A DNA stretch of 64,000 nt, from positions 62,001-126,000 of the forward strand of contig NZ_JABEZU010000002.1 of NCBI RefSeq assembly GCF_013149785.1. The letters run 5' to 3'. A model generated the notes under the pieces. It did no database searches, had not been told where the DNA came from, and worked only from the letters and a program-made list of their open reading frames with translations. Shown piece by piece: positions 46,637 to 55,835 of this stretch (positions within the stretch are counted from its first letter, which is position 1; every line of letters starts with the position of its first letter). The translations under genes were made by a program, and so were the position numbers. The DNA is from Isoptericola halotolerans. Its GTDB lineage: Bacteria > Actinomycetota > Actinomycetes > Actinomycetales > Cellulomonadaceae.

Positions 46637-48214
46637 TCAGGGAGAGGTGCGGAACGCGCGCTCGCGGACGTGCTCGTGGAGCCGGTCGAGCACGGCGATC
46701 TGGCGGTGGGCGAGCTCGATGAGGTCGGCGAAACGCTCGGGATCGAGCCCGACGTCGTCCGCGTACTCCTGGAGGGTCTGCCAGCCGCCCATCTTGCCCA
46801 GCAGCGCCGACCGGATGAGCTCCACCTCGAGCATCATCGTCAGCGGGGAGCGTTCGACGACCCGCCCGTTCAGCTTGAGACGTCCCACGCGTTCGCCGAC
46901 GCCCGCGATCAGCTGCCGGTACCGCCGACGGCGGATGCCGAGGGTGGCGAGGAGGGTGCGGTAGAGCCGTCGCTCGTCGCGCACCTGCTCGGTGATCTCG
47001 GAGAGGTCGGCGTGGAACGGGGTGTCCTGGTAGGCGTCGGTCATCCGCTCGAGGCGGCCGAGCCCGGCCGTGGCGCCCGTCAGGTGCTCGGACAGGTAGA
47101 GGCCGAACAGGTGCCGGTCGATCCCGGGCGGGACGGCGGCGTCCTGCTCGTGCGGGGGCAGCGCGGGCGGTCCGACGGCCACGGCGGGACCGGGCCGCAT
47201 CGGGGCGGATCCGAGGCCGCTTCCCTCGGCCATACCGGCGACGACCTCCTCGACAGCCTCGGCCGCCGTCCGGCCGGGCGCCCAGCCGAGCTCCGCCGTC
47301 GCCCGCGTGGTGTCCATGACGGGCACGCCCATGCCCATGTCGACCCAGCCCGGGTCGGCCGGCACGGCACGGCCGGAGTGCGCGAGCGCCAGGGCCGTGC
47401 GCACCAGGTGCGGCGGCAGCTCGACGAGCCGGCCGTGGCCGACCAGGCGCGCGAGGTCCGACCCGCGCAGCACGTCGCGGGCGGCGATGTTGAAGGCGCC
47501 GGTGGCACGCTGCCGCAGGACCGCCACGTAGGCCGCGGCGGCGTCGTCGGCGTGCACGGCCTGCACGCGCAACCCGGCGGGCAGCGGGAGCAGCGGCAGC
47601 CGGTGCCGACGCAGCAGGCTCATCGGGACGAGCCGGCCGACGAAGTACCGCACGATCTCGTGCCCGGCGTCGCCCTGGAACACCAGGGCGGTGCGCAGCC
47701 GGGCGACGGCGACCTCGGGGTGGTCGCGCTCCAGCTCGTCGAGCACCCGTTCCTGCGCGGCCTTGTCCACGCTGTAGTGCGACGTGGGGATGCCGGTCGT
47801 CGGCCAGTCCTCGCCGCGGGGCTCGTCGTCGTCGACCGTCGTGTAGGCGCCCACGGAGGAGGCGGCCACCAGGTGCGGTACGCCGGCGCGGACCACCGCG
47901 CTCGCCACCCGCCGGGTGCCGTCCACGTTGGTGCGGCGCAGCAGGTCGCGGTCGCGGTTGGGCTGGATGAGCCAGGCGAGGTGCACGACGGCGTCGGCGC
48001 CGCGGAAGTGGGCGGCGAGGCCCTCGACGACGCTCTCCTCGTCCGGGTCCGTGAGGTCGAGCGCCGCCCACTCGGCGTCCCGGTACGGGGGAGCGGTGCG
48101 GTCGGGCAGGCGCCGGGCGATCCCCAGCACGGAGTCGACCTCCGGTGCGGCCTGGAGGGCGCGCAGCACGGCGGTCCCGACGTTTCCGGACAGTCCGACG
48201 ACGACGATGCGCAT
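46637..48214 (-). CDS. NAD-dependent epimerase/dehydratase fused to a C-terminal helical (ferritin-like?) domain
   Basis: GLSGNVG, HLAW, YSVDK; extra ~155 aa starting near LFGLYLSEHLTGATAG. Confidence 0.82.
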   Translation of the reverse strand: MRIVVVGLSGNVGTAVLRALQAAPEVDSVLGIARRLPDRTAPPYRDAEWAALDLTDPDEESVVEGLAAHFRGADAVVHLAWLIQPNRDRDLLRRTNVDGTRRVASAVVRAGVPHLVAASSVGAYTTVDDDEPRGEDWPTTGIPTSHYSVDKAAQERVLDELERDHPEVAVARLRTALVFQGDAGHEIVRYFVGRLVPMSLLRRHRLPLLPLPAGLRVQAVHADDAAAAYVAVLRQRATGAFNIAARDVLRGSDLARLVGHGRLVELPPHLVRTALALAHSGRAVPADPGWVDMGMGVPVMDTTRATAELGWAPGRTAAEAVEEVVAGMAEGSGLGSAPMRPGPAVAVGPPALPPHEQDAAVPPGIDRHLFGLYLSEHLTGATAGLGRLERMTDAYQDTPFHADLSEITEQVRDERRLYRTLLATLGIRRRRYRQLIAGVGERVGRLKLNGRVVERSPLTMMLEVELIRSALLGKMGGWQTLQEYADDVGLDPERFADLIELAHRQIAVLDRLHEHVRERAFRTSP

Positions 48215-48297
48215 GCCTCACGGTGGCATCGACGGCCGATGGTCGCACGGCGCCTCGCGTGCCGCCCCGGACGGGTGCCGGTCAGGACGGGCGTCGG

Positions 48298-48987
48298 TCA
48301 GGCGGAGGCGGCCACGGTCATCGCCGGGACCATCACGGCGACCAGCACCGCGGCGTTGACCTCGTCGACGGCCTTCCTGACCGCGTCGTCGGCCCACGAC
48401 TGCTGCGAGAGCCCCTTCGCCCGGCGCGCGGCCGCCTTGCCGTGCCCCGGCGGGACCAGCTTCTTGACCAGTCCCGTGCCGCGCAGCACGGACAGCAGCG
48501 CCGCGGTCTGCGGACGGGGCTCCTGGGTCCCGAGGAGCACCGCCTCGCACTCCGCGCGCAGCCGCAGCTCGTGCGAGGAGTCGGTCGCCGGCCAGGCGGT
48601 GGTGGGGAAGATCCGCAGCACGCGCCGTTCCTCGCGCTGGAGGATCCCCCGTTCCGCGAGACCGGACAGCAAGGGCTCGCGGGCACCCTTGGACAGCGGC
48701 CCGATCAGCGACGAGGGCGTGCGCGCCTTCTGGCCGACGACGGCGAGGGCCCGGTCGAGCGCCGGGTGCCCCGTGGGTGCGGCGTCCCGCACGACGACGG
48801 TGCCCCGGCGCAGCCGCGAGCCGTCGGCAGCGACGGCCCCGGACCCGACCACGTGCACGCGGCCGGTCAGCGCCAGCTCGACGAGCAGGGCGCCCGCGAG
48901 CCGGTAGTCGAGGTTGTCGACCACCGGGTCGGGCTTGCCGGTCGCGTCGTCGTAGGCGAGGAGCAGCAGGTCTTCGGCGATGATCAT
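48298..48987 (-). CDS. GOLPH3/VPS74 (GPP34) family protein
   Basis: IAEDLLLLAYDD..GK, LAGALLVELAL.GR, RVLRIFPTTAWP. Confidence 0.85.
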   Translation of the reverse strand: MIIAEDLLLLAYDDATGKPDPVVDNLDYRLAGALLVELALTGRVHVVGSGAVAADGSRLRRGTVVVRDAAPTGHPALDRALAVVGQKARTPSSLIGPLSKGAREPLLSGLAERGILQREERRVLRIFPTTAWPATDSSHELRLRAECEAVLLGTQEPRPQTAALLSVLRGTGLVKKLVPPGHGKAAARRAKGLSQQSWADDAVRKAVDEVNAAVLVAVMVPAMTVAASA

Positions 48988-49082
48988 GCTCCGATCCTTC
49001 CGGGTGCGTCCCGCGGGCGGATCCGTCGGACGGGTGACGCCGGTCCGTCGTCGGGTGGAGATCGCGACGACACCGTCAGCGA

Positions 49083-49183
49083 GTTTCGAAACGGTGGCGC
49101 ACCGGTGTCGAAAACCTGCGCCCCCTTGACCGGGTGCAGGCGGCTTCCTCTATGGTTCGACCCACCGGAAGAAAACGGTTTCG
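49083..49183 (+). promoter_or_regulatory. Promoter region with LacI/BxlR-like CGAA/TTCG boxes
   Basis: GTTTCGAAAC (49083), TCGAAAACC (49108), GAAAACGGTTTCG (49171) around TTGACC (49126) and TATGGT (49151). Confidence 0.5.
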
Positions 49184-49231
49184 ACGACGAGACCGACCGG
49201 TACCCGGACGACGGCGTGGAGGGTGCAGGCG

Positions 49232-50542
49232 ATGAGGCGACGGTACGTGCAGATCCTGGCGGGGGCGGCCGGATCGAGCCTGCTGCTCGCTGCGTGCGCC
49301 CAGGAGGACCCTCAGGCCGGCACCCGCGCGGATCCCGCGGTCGACACCCACGCGGCCACCGCCTGGGCGCTCTCCGGAGGCAGCGACGTCGTCCTCGACG
49401 GGGCGTTCGAGACGTGGAACGGTGATCACCCCGACGACACGATCGAGGTGTCGTGGCTCGAGAACGACGCCTACAAGACACGCATCGGCGAGGCGCTCGA
49501 GACCGGTGAGCCGCCCACCCTGATCCTCGGCTGGGCCGGCGCCGACCTCGACCGGCTCGTGGCCGAGGACGCCGTCGTCGACCTCAGCGACGCCGTCGGG
49601 CCCGTGCTCGACCGGGTGCTGCCGGCCGTCGCCGCGAACGGCGAGGTCGACGGACGCACCTACGCCGTGCCGAACAACCAGACCCAGCCCGTGGTGCTCT
49701 ACTACAACGCCCAGGTGCTGGAGCGGGTCGGGCTGGAGCCGCCCGAGACCTTCGACGACCTGCTCGCCGCGGTCGACGTCCTGCAGGACGACGGCGTGCT
49801 GCCCATCGCGCTCGCGGGCGGCAGCCGGTGGCCCGAGCTGATGTACATCCAGTACCTCACCGACCGGGTCGGTGGGCCGGAGGTGTTCCAGCGGGTGGTC
49901 GACGGCGAGCCCGGGGCGTGGTCCGACCCCGCGATCCTCGAGGCGCTGAGGATGATCCGCCAGCTCGTGGACGCGGGCGCCTTCGGCGACCACTTCACCG
50001 GGACCCTCGCCGACGGCTCGGGCGACGTCTCGCTCGTCGCCTCCGGCCAGGCGGCCTTCGTGCTGCAGGGCGCCTGGGTCTACCCCGACTTCCTCACCGA
50101 GGCCCCCGCGCTCATCGCCAACGACGGCCTCGGCTTCGCGCGGTTCCCCGACGTGGAGGGCGGGGCGGGTGACGCCGACAACGTGGTGGGCAACCCCGCG
50201 AACTTCTGGTCCGTGTCGTCCGCCGCGAGCCCCGAGGCGCAGCAGGTCGCGATCGACTTCCTCGTCGAGCAGACGTACGCCGAGCGAGAGGTCGACCGGT
50301 TCCTCATCGTGCGCACCGTCCCGCCCGTCCGTGACCTGGAGCGTCAGATCAAGCGCCTCGAGAACGCCGACTACCTGCGGTTCGTCTACGACATGGTCGA
50401 GTCGGCGCCGCACTTCCAGCTCTCGTGGGACCAGGCGCTCCCGCCCGAGCAGGCCGGGCCACTCCTGGACAACCTGCACCTCGTCTTCACCGGCGAGCTC
50501 TCGGCCCGTGGCTTCGCCGACGCGATGAACGACACCCTGTGA
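49232..50542 (+). CDS. Orphan sugar-binding lipoprotein (BxlE-like, xylo-oligosaccharide type)
   Basis: Lipobox LAAC; WPELMYIQYL.DRVGG, VGNPANFWS, FQLSWDQAL; no adjacent permeases. Confidence 0.85.
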   Translation: MRRRYVQILAGAAGSSLLLAACAQEDPQAGTRADPAVDTHAATAWALSGGSDVVLDGAFETWNGDHPDDTIEVSWLENDAYKTRIGEALETGEPPTLILGWAGADLDRLVAEDAVVDLSDAVGPVLDRVLPAVAANGEVDGRTYAVPNNQTQPVVLYYNAQVLERVGLEPPETFDDLLAAVDVLQDDGVLPIALAGGSRWPELMYIQYLTDRVGGPEVFQRVVDGEPGAWSDPAILEALRMIRQLVDAGAFGDHFTGTLADGSGDVSLVASGQAAFVLQGAWVYPDFLTEAPALIANDGLGFARFPDVEGGAGDADNVVGNPANFWSVSSAASPEAQQVAIDFLVEQTYAEREVDRFLIVRTVPPVRDLERQIKRLENADYLRFVYDMVESAPHFQLSWDQALPPEQAGPLLDNLHLVFTGELSARGFADAMNDTL

Positions 50543-50552
50543 GGCGGCCGGG

Positions 50553-51254
50553 TCACGCCGTCGTGCCGACGGCACCCTCCTGCTCGCGGCGGTGCACCCG
50601 CCACCACACGAAGAACCCGACCAGCGTGAAGACGCCGTAGAAGACGTACATCAACGACGTCGCGTAGTACTGGGCGCTCCACAGCAACGGCACGCCCACG
50701 ACGTCGACGGCCACCCAGATCAGCCAGAACTCCACCCAGCCGCGTGCCATGCCGTACGTCGCCAGGAGCGAGCCCATGAAGATCCAGGCGTCCGCCCACA
50801 CGGGTTTGTAGGAACCGAGCGCCGTGAACAACGGCGTGAGCAGCAGGGTCCCGCCCACCAGCGCGCCGACGAGGAACGCGCGCTGCGGCCAGGTCGCCCA
50901 CCGCGGGTGCACCCCCGCCCCGCCCGACGACGGCACCTTGCCGTCGGTGCGGACCTCCAGGTCCTGGCGACGGGTCTCGCGCCACCGCGCCCACCCGTAC
51001 ACCGACACGGCGATGAACATCACCTGCCGGCCCGCCTGGCCGAGCATGGTGACCCGGTCCGCGTCACCGAACAGCGAGCCCATGAACACGGTGAACAGCA
51101 GCAGGTTGCCCACGATGCCCACGGGCCAGGCCCAGACCTTGCGCCGCATCCCGCCCAGCGCCGAGGCCAGCCCGAAGGCGTTGCCGATCACCTCGCGCCA
51201 CAGGACCTGCTCGTCACCGACGGTGAACGTGGCGTCGAACAGCCACTCGATCAT
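50553..51254 (-). CDS. PnuC-family vitamin transporter (nicotinamide riboside/riboflavin, RibM-like)
   Basis: WREVIGN, WAWPVGIVGN, YGWARW, EFWLIWVAVDVVGVPL. Confidence 0.85.
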   Translation of the reverse strand: MIEWLFDATFTVGDEQVLWREVIGNAFGLASALGGMRRKVWAWPVGIVGNLLLFTVFMGSLFGDADRVTMLGQAGRQVMFIAVSVYGWARWRETRRQDLEVRTDGKVPSSGGAGVHPRWATWPQRAFLVGALVGGTLLLTPLFTALGSYKPVWADAWIFMGSLLATYGMARGWVEFWLIWVAVDVVGVPLLWSAQYYATSLMYVFYGVFTLVGFFVWWRVHRREQEGAVGTTA

Positions 51255-51263
51255 CGCGCGGCC

Positions 51264-52034
51264 TCAGGCCAGCACGTCGCGCACGGCCCGCGCGACGTCG
51301 TCGGCGTCGGCGTCGGCGTCCAGGACGGCCACGACGACGCGGCGGGTCGAGCCCTCGCCGGCCTGGTCCGACGTCCCTGTCGAGGCCGGTGGGGTACCGC
51401 CCTCGGCCCCGGGTGCCCACGCCGCGCGCCGCAGCTCGGCGAACGCCTCCTCCAGGTCGGGGCGCAGGTCCAGGTGCGGGTTGCGCAGCCAGCGGCGCAG
51501 CACCGCGTTGTGGACGGCGACCACCGAGGCGGCGAACGCGATCGACATGGTCGTGGTGGACCGGTCCGGGGGCAGCGTGTCGCGCAGGTAGGCGGTGAAG
51601 GCGCGCTCGTAGCGGTGCGTGGTCACGAGCTCGCGGTCCCGCAGCGCCGGCACCTCCTGCAGCAGGCGGTGCCGGGCGAGGGACGTCTCGCGCTGGCCCA
51701 CGTGGTGGTCGAACACCAGCCGGGCGGCGCGGCAGACCTCCAGGTAGGGGTCGACGGCGGGGTCCCAGACGGTCTCCCGGGTCCCGGCCTCGACGGAGTC
51801 GCGGGCCTCCGGCCTCGTGGCGGCCAGCATGACCACCACCTCCTCCAGCAGCAGCTCGTGGTCGGCGAAGACCACGTCCTCCTTGGAGCGGAACCGGCGG
51901 AAGAAGGTGGCACGGCTGACCTGCGCGGCGTCGGCGATCTCCTCGACCGTGGTCTGCTCGTACCCCTGGCGGGAGAACAGGTCGATCGCGGCGTCGACAG
52001 CCTGGGCGTGGGTGTGCGTCCGGACGGCAGTCAT
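51264..52034 (-). CDS. TetR/AcrR-family regulator
   Basis: LFSRQGYEQTTVEEIADAAQVSRATFFRRFRSKEDVV; TAGCCT -10 just upstream. Confidence 0.92.
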   Translation of the reverse strand: MTAVRTHTHAQAVDAAIDLFSRQGYEQTTVEEIADAAQVSRATFFRRFRSKEDVVFADHELLLEEVVVMLAATRPEARDSVEAGTRETVWDPAVDPYLEVCRAARLVFDHHVGQRETSLARHRLLQEVPALRDRELVTTHRYERAFTAYLRDTLPPDRSTTTMSIAFAASVVAVHNAVLRRWLRNPHLDLRPDLEEAFAELRRAAWAPGAEGGTPPASTGTSDQAGEGSTRRVVVAVLDADADADDVARAVRDVLA

Positions 52035-52133
52035 GGGCAGGAGGCTACTCCGCAGCGGCGCCTCGCCGTCGGGTGGCGGCCACCGGGCCGCCCCACAGCG
52101 TCCGGCAGCCGGGACGACTCTCGCCAGCAGGGG

Positions 52134-52152
52134 TGAGGTTTGCCTATCCTGA
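52134..52152. promoter_or_regulatory. IdeR/DtxR-type iron box overlapping the -10 of the ECF transporter operon
   Basis: TGAGGTTTGCCTATCCTGA, 15/19 match to TTAGGTTAGCCTAACCTAA; contains TATCCT -10, 6 nt before the GTG. Confidence 0.72.
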
Positions 52153-52156
52153 CTCG

Positions 52157-53953
52157 GTGACCCCTCCGCTCCTCGACGTACGCAGCCTGCGCGTACGGCA
52201 CCACCTGCCGCTCGACGACGGCGGCCACCGGCTCGGCGCACCCGCGCCCGACGGCGTGGACGTGGTCGTGGAGCCCGGAGAGGTCGTGCTCCTGCTCGGC
52301 CCCTCGGGCTGCGGGAAGTCCACCCTCGCGCTCGCCGCCAACGGGCTCGTCCCGCAGGTCGTCGGTGCTGACGTCGGCGGCAGCGTGCACGTCGGCGGGC
52401 AAGACGTCGCGCGGAGCCGACCGCCCCTGCTGACGGCCGACGTCGCCATGGTCTTCCAGGACCCGGACGCGCAGGTGGTCACCGGTTCCGTGCTCGACGA
52501 GGTCTGCTTCGCGCCGGAGAACCTCTGCCTGCCGGTCGCCGACGTGCTGGCGCGGGCCGAGACGGCGCTGCGCCAGGTCGGGCTCTGGGAGCGTCGGGAG
52601 GACGACCCGGCGGTGCTGTCCGGCGGTGGTCGTCAACGGCTCGCCCTCGCCTGCGCGCTCGCCACCGACGCCCGGCTCCTCGTGCTGGACGAGCCCACGG
52701 CCAACCTCGACCCCGCCGGTGTCGAGGAGGTCTACGCCGTCCTGCGGTCGGTCGCCGCCGCCGGGGGCCGCGGCGTGCTGCTCGTCGAGCACGACCTCGA
52801 CGCCGCCGTCGAGATCGCCGACCGCGTCGTCGTGCTCGACGACGCCGGTCACGTCGCCACCACCGGGCCGGTGCGGGAGGTCCTCGCCGGCCGGGCCGAG
52901 CTGCTGGCCGAGCTCGGGGTGTGGCTGCCCACCGCCACCCTCGCCGCGCTGCGGCTGCGTGCCGCGGGGGTCGCCGTCGACCGGCTGCCGCTGACCCCTG
53001 CCGAGCTCGCCACCGTCCTCGCCGGGGCACCGAGCCTGCCGGCACCGAGCCCGCCGGAGCCGCACCCGCCGGCTGTGCTGCACCGCCCGCAGCTGCCGCC
53101 GTCGGCCGCGGGCGACCGGCCGGCGCCACCGGTCATCACCGTCGAGCACCTCACCGTGCGACGCGGAGCCACCACCGCCGTCGACGACGTGAGCCTCGCC
53201 GTCGACCGGGGGGACTTCCTCGCCCTCGTCGGGGGCAACGGCGCCGGCAAGACGACCCTCGCCCAGGTCGTCGCCGGCGTGCTGCGACCCCGCCGCCGCG
53301 CCGTCACCGGGACGGTGCGGGTGGCCGGTCTCGACCCGCGCCGGGCCGACCCCGCCGACCTCACCACCGCCGTCGGCTTCGTCTTCCAGAACCCCGAGCA
53401 CCAGTTCGTCACCGGTCGGGTCGACGACGAGCTCGCCCACGGGCTGCGGGTCCGCGGGGTCCCCGACGCCGAGGTCGCGGCCCGGGTCGACGACGTGCTG
53501 GAGCGCTTCGGTCTCGCCGACCTGCGCGACCGCCACCCCTTCTGGCTGTCCGGCGGGCAGAAGCGCCGCCTGAGCGTCGGCACCGCGATCGTGTGCCGGC
53601 CCGAGGTCCTCGTCCTGGACGAACCCACCTACGGCCAGGACCGCGAGCGCGCCGTCGAGCTCCTCGACCTGCTCACCACCCTGCACGACGGCGGCACCAC
53701 CGTGGTGGTGGTCAGTCACGACATGCAGCTCGTGGCCGAGCACGCGACCCGCGTCGTGGCGCTCGCCGACGGGCGGGTGCTCGCCGACGGTCCGCCCGCC
53801 GTCGTCCTCGGCGACGACCGCGTGCTGGCGGCTGCCGGGCTGCGGACGCCCCCGCTCGCCCGGGCGACCAGGGCGCTGCCCGACCCGGCGTGGCGTGCCG
53901 TCACCCGGCTCGCCGACCTGCCCGCCCCTGGGCTCGCGACGGTGGGCGCGTGA
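52157..53953 (+). CDS. ECF transporter duplicated ATPase (EcfA-A' fusion)
   Basis: GPSGCGKS/LSGGGRQ/LDEP and GGNGAGKT/LSGGQKR/LDEPTYGQD; FQDP and FQNPEHQF Q-loops. Confidence 0.9.
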   Translation: MTPPLLDVRSLRVRHHLPLDDGGHRLGAPAPDGVDVVVEPGEVVLLLGPSGCGKSTLALAANGLVPQVVGADVGGSVHVGGQDVARSRPPLLTADVAMVFQDPDAQVVTGSVLDEVCFAPENLCLPVADVLARAETALRQVGLWERREDDPAVLSGGGRQRLALACALATDARLLVLDEPTANLDPAGVEEVYAVLRSVAAAGGRGVLLVEHDLDAAVEIADRVVVLDDAGHVATTGPVREVLAGRAELLAELGVWLPTATLAALRLRAAGVAVDRLPLTPAELATVLAGAPSLPAPSPPEPHPPAVLHRPQLPPSAAGDRPAPPVITVEHLTVRRGATTAVDDVSLAVDRGDFLALVGGNGAGKTTLAQVVAGVLRPRRRAVTGTVRVAGLDPRRADPADLTTAVGFVFQNPEHQFVTGRVDDELAHGLRVRGVPDAEVAARVDDVLERFGLADLRDRHPFWLSGGQKRRLSVGTAIVCRPEVLVLDEPTYGQDRERAVELLDLLTTLHDGGTTVVVVSHDMQLVAEHATRVVALADGRVLADGPPAVVLGDDRVLAAAGLRTPPLARATRALPDPAWRAVTRLADLPAPGLATVGA

Positions 53954-54786
53954 CCACGGCCGCCGTCGTGGACACGGTCGCGCCGACCGGTGAACCGGCG
54001 ACGGCCGGCCCCCGCCCCGGTGGCCTGGGCGACCTGCGCACCTACAACCCGCTGGTGAAGATCCTCGGGCCGGTCCCGGTGATGGTCTTCCTGGTGACCA
54101 CGCGTGACGTGCTGACCCCGGCGCTGGTGGCCCTGGCTGCCATCGCCGTGCTGGCCGTCATGGGCCGCCTGCGTCCCCGGGTGCTCGTCGCGGTCGCCCT
54201 GGGCGCCCTGGCGCTGTGCCTGGTCATGACGTTCTCCTTCGGGCTGCTGACCGACCCTGCCACCGTCCAGGACACGACGCTGCTGGCGACCGTCGGCGGG
54301 TTCGACGTGTGGTCCGGTGCCCTGGCCACGGGGCTGGCGACCGCGGTGCGGACCGTCGCGCTGCTGATGCTGGTGCTCCTCGGGGGGCTCACGACGTCGG
54401 GCGCCGACTTCGTGCGGGCCCTGACCCAGCAGGCGCGCCTGCCGTACCGGATCGGGTACGCCGCGCTGGCGGCCCTGCGGTTCGTCCCGCGGTTCTCCCA
54501 CGAGCTGGAGGTCATCCGTGGCGCCCACCGGGTCCGCGGCGTCGCCCCGGGTCGTGGCCCGTTCGCGGCCGTGCGGCGGCAGGCCGGCTACGTGGTCCCT
54601 CTGCTGGCCGGGGGGATCCGGCACGCGGAACGGGTGTCGTTGGCCATGGACGCCCGCGGTTTCGGGGCCCACCCGCGGCGCACCGACCGGGTCACCGCGC
54701 CCTTCCGCGTCTGCGACGTCGTCCTGCTCGTCTCGTTCTGGGCCGGGGGCGCGGGATGCGCCGTCCTGGCCGCCCTGCTGCGCTGA
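53950..54786 (+). CDS. ECF transporter T component (CbiQ/EcfT)
   Basis: NPLVK, ALRFVP, VRG and MDARGF coupling motifs; GTGA overlap. Confidence 0.9.
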   Translation: MTTAAVVDTVAPTGEPATAGPRPGGLGDLRTYNPLVKILGPVPVMVFLVTTRDVLTPALVALAAIAVLAVMGRLRPRVLVAVALGALALCLVMTFSFGLLTDPATVQDTTLLATVGGFDVWSGALATGLATAVRTVALLMLVLLGGLTTSGADFVRALTQQARLPYRIGYAALAALRFVPRFSHELEVIRGAHRVRGVAPGRGPFAAVRRQAGYVVPLLAGGIRHAERVSLAMDARGFGAHPRRTDRVTAPFRVCDVVLLVSFWAGGAGCAVLAALLR

Positions 54787-54845
54787 CCGCGCTCGCCCGA
54801 CCTCTGCTCACCCGACCCCCGACCTCTGCCGACCATCGGAGTGCC

Positions 54846-55430
54846 ATGAAGACCCTCACCACCCGCTTCCTCATGACGTGCGCCGCGATCGGTGCCGCCA
54901 TGGGTGTCCTGCTCATCCCCGCCAACTTCGTCAGCGCACCGTTGGCAGCCTCCGCACCGATGGCGTACGCCCCGCTCGTGGGGCTGTGGGTCATCGGCCC
55001 GGTGCTCGCGCTCGCGCTGCTGCGCCGACCGGGGGCGGCGGTCCTGACGACGTTCGTGGCCGGCGTCGTCTCCTCCGCCTCGCCGGTGGGCGCCTGGTCG
55101 ATCGTGACCTGCCTCCTGGCCGGCGTCGCGGTCGAGCTGGCGTTCCTCGTGACGAGGTACCGGGTGTGGTCCGCCTGGCTCTACTACGTCGACGCCCTCG
55201 TCTTCGGCGCGCTGTACGTCGCCTCGGGCTGGGCGGCGTTCCACATGGACGCGATGGCGCCCGCCGTCCTGGTGACGTTCGTGGTGCTGATGATGGGCAG
55301 CTTCCTGGCCTGCACCTGGCTCGGGCGGCTGCTGGCGCGGCGCCTGGCGAAGGCCGGCGTCGCCCGCGGCCTCGTCCCCTCTCGGGGCGACGTCGCGGCC
55401 GGCGAGGTGGCGCAGGACGCCCTGCGGTAG
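54846..55430 (+). CDS. ECF transporter S component (YkoE/ABC_cobalt-like)
   Basis: ~6 TM helices, LLRRPGAA, ELAF..TRYR.W, LAKAGV. Confidence 0.82.
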   Translation: MKTLTTRFLMTCAAIGAAMGVLLIPANFVSAPLAASAPMAYAPLVGLWVIGPVLALALLRRPGAAVLTTFVAGVVSSASPVGAWSIVTCLLAGVAVELAFLVTRYRVWSAWLYYVDALVFGALYVASGWAAFHMDAMAPAVLVTFVVLMMGSFLACTWLGRLLARRLAKAGVARGLVPSRGDVAAGEVAQDALR

Positions 55431-55488
55431 CGCTGCGTGCTGACGCGTCGTCGCGCAGCGCTCGACGGGCCGTGGCGCGCGGGGCGGT

Positions 55489-55716
55489 TCAGCCGGACTG
55501 CTCGCGACGGTCGGGCTCGTCGAACCCGACGTGCCGCCGTCGGTCGCGTTGCAGGAGCCGGACCTCGCGCACCACGATCGCCGCGGCGAAGACGAACGGC
55601 AGCCACGCCCACGGCCGGCCGCGCAGCGCGACGAGGAGACAGAGCCCGGCGATCGCGCCGGCACCGGCCACCATCGCGAGGCTGGACCAGCGGATCGATC
55701 GCACCGACGAGAGCAC
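55489..55716 (-). CDS. Small two-TM membrane protein
   Basis: Two hydrophobic segments followed by a charged tail. Confidence 0.45.
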   Translation of the reverse strand: MLSSVRSIRWSSLAMVAGAGAIAGLCLLVALRGRPWAWLPFVFAAAIVVREVRLLQRDRRRHVGFDEPDRREQSG

Positions 55717-55731
55717 CCGACGAGCGTAGCG

Positions 55732-55794
55732 CCACGAGCGTCTCTGCTCGTCAGGGATCAGCCGTGGTTCCCTGACGAACAGAGACGCTCGTGG
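55732..55794. repeat. REP-like palindrome, copy 3 of the GAGCGTCTCTG family
   Basis: CCACGAGCGTCTCTGCTCGTCAGGGA ... TCCCTGACGAACAGAGACGCTCGTGG (1 mismatch); loop TCAGCCGT shared with copy 1. Confidence 0.88.
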
Positions 55795-55835
55795 ATCGCT
55801 CGAACCGATTCGCGTCGGCGAGTACTGTGCGGGGG

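Noticed and set aside
52035..52156. TPP or cobalamin riboswitch before the ECF transporter
   Set aside because: No riboswitch core motifs, and the transcript appears leaderless
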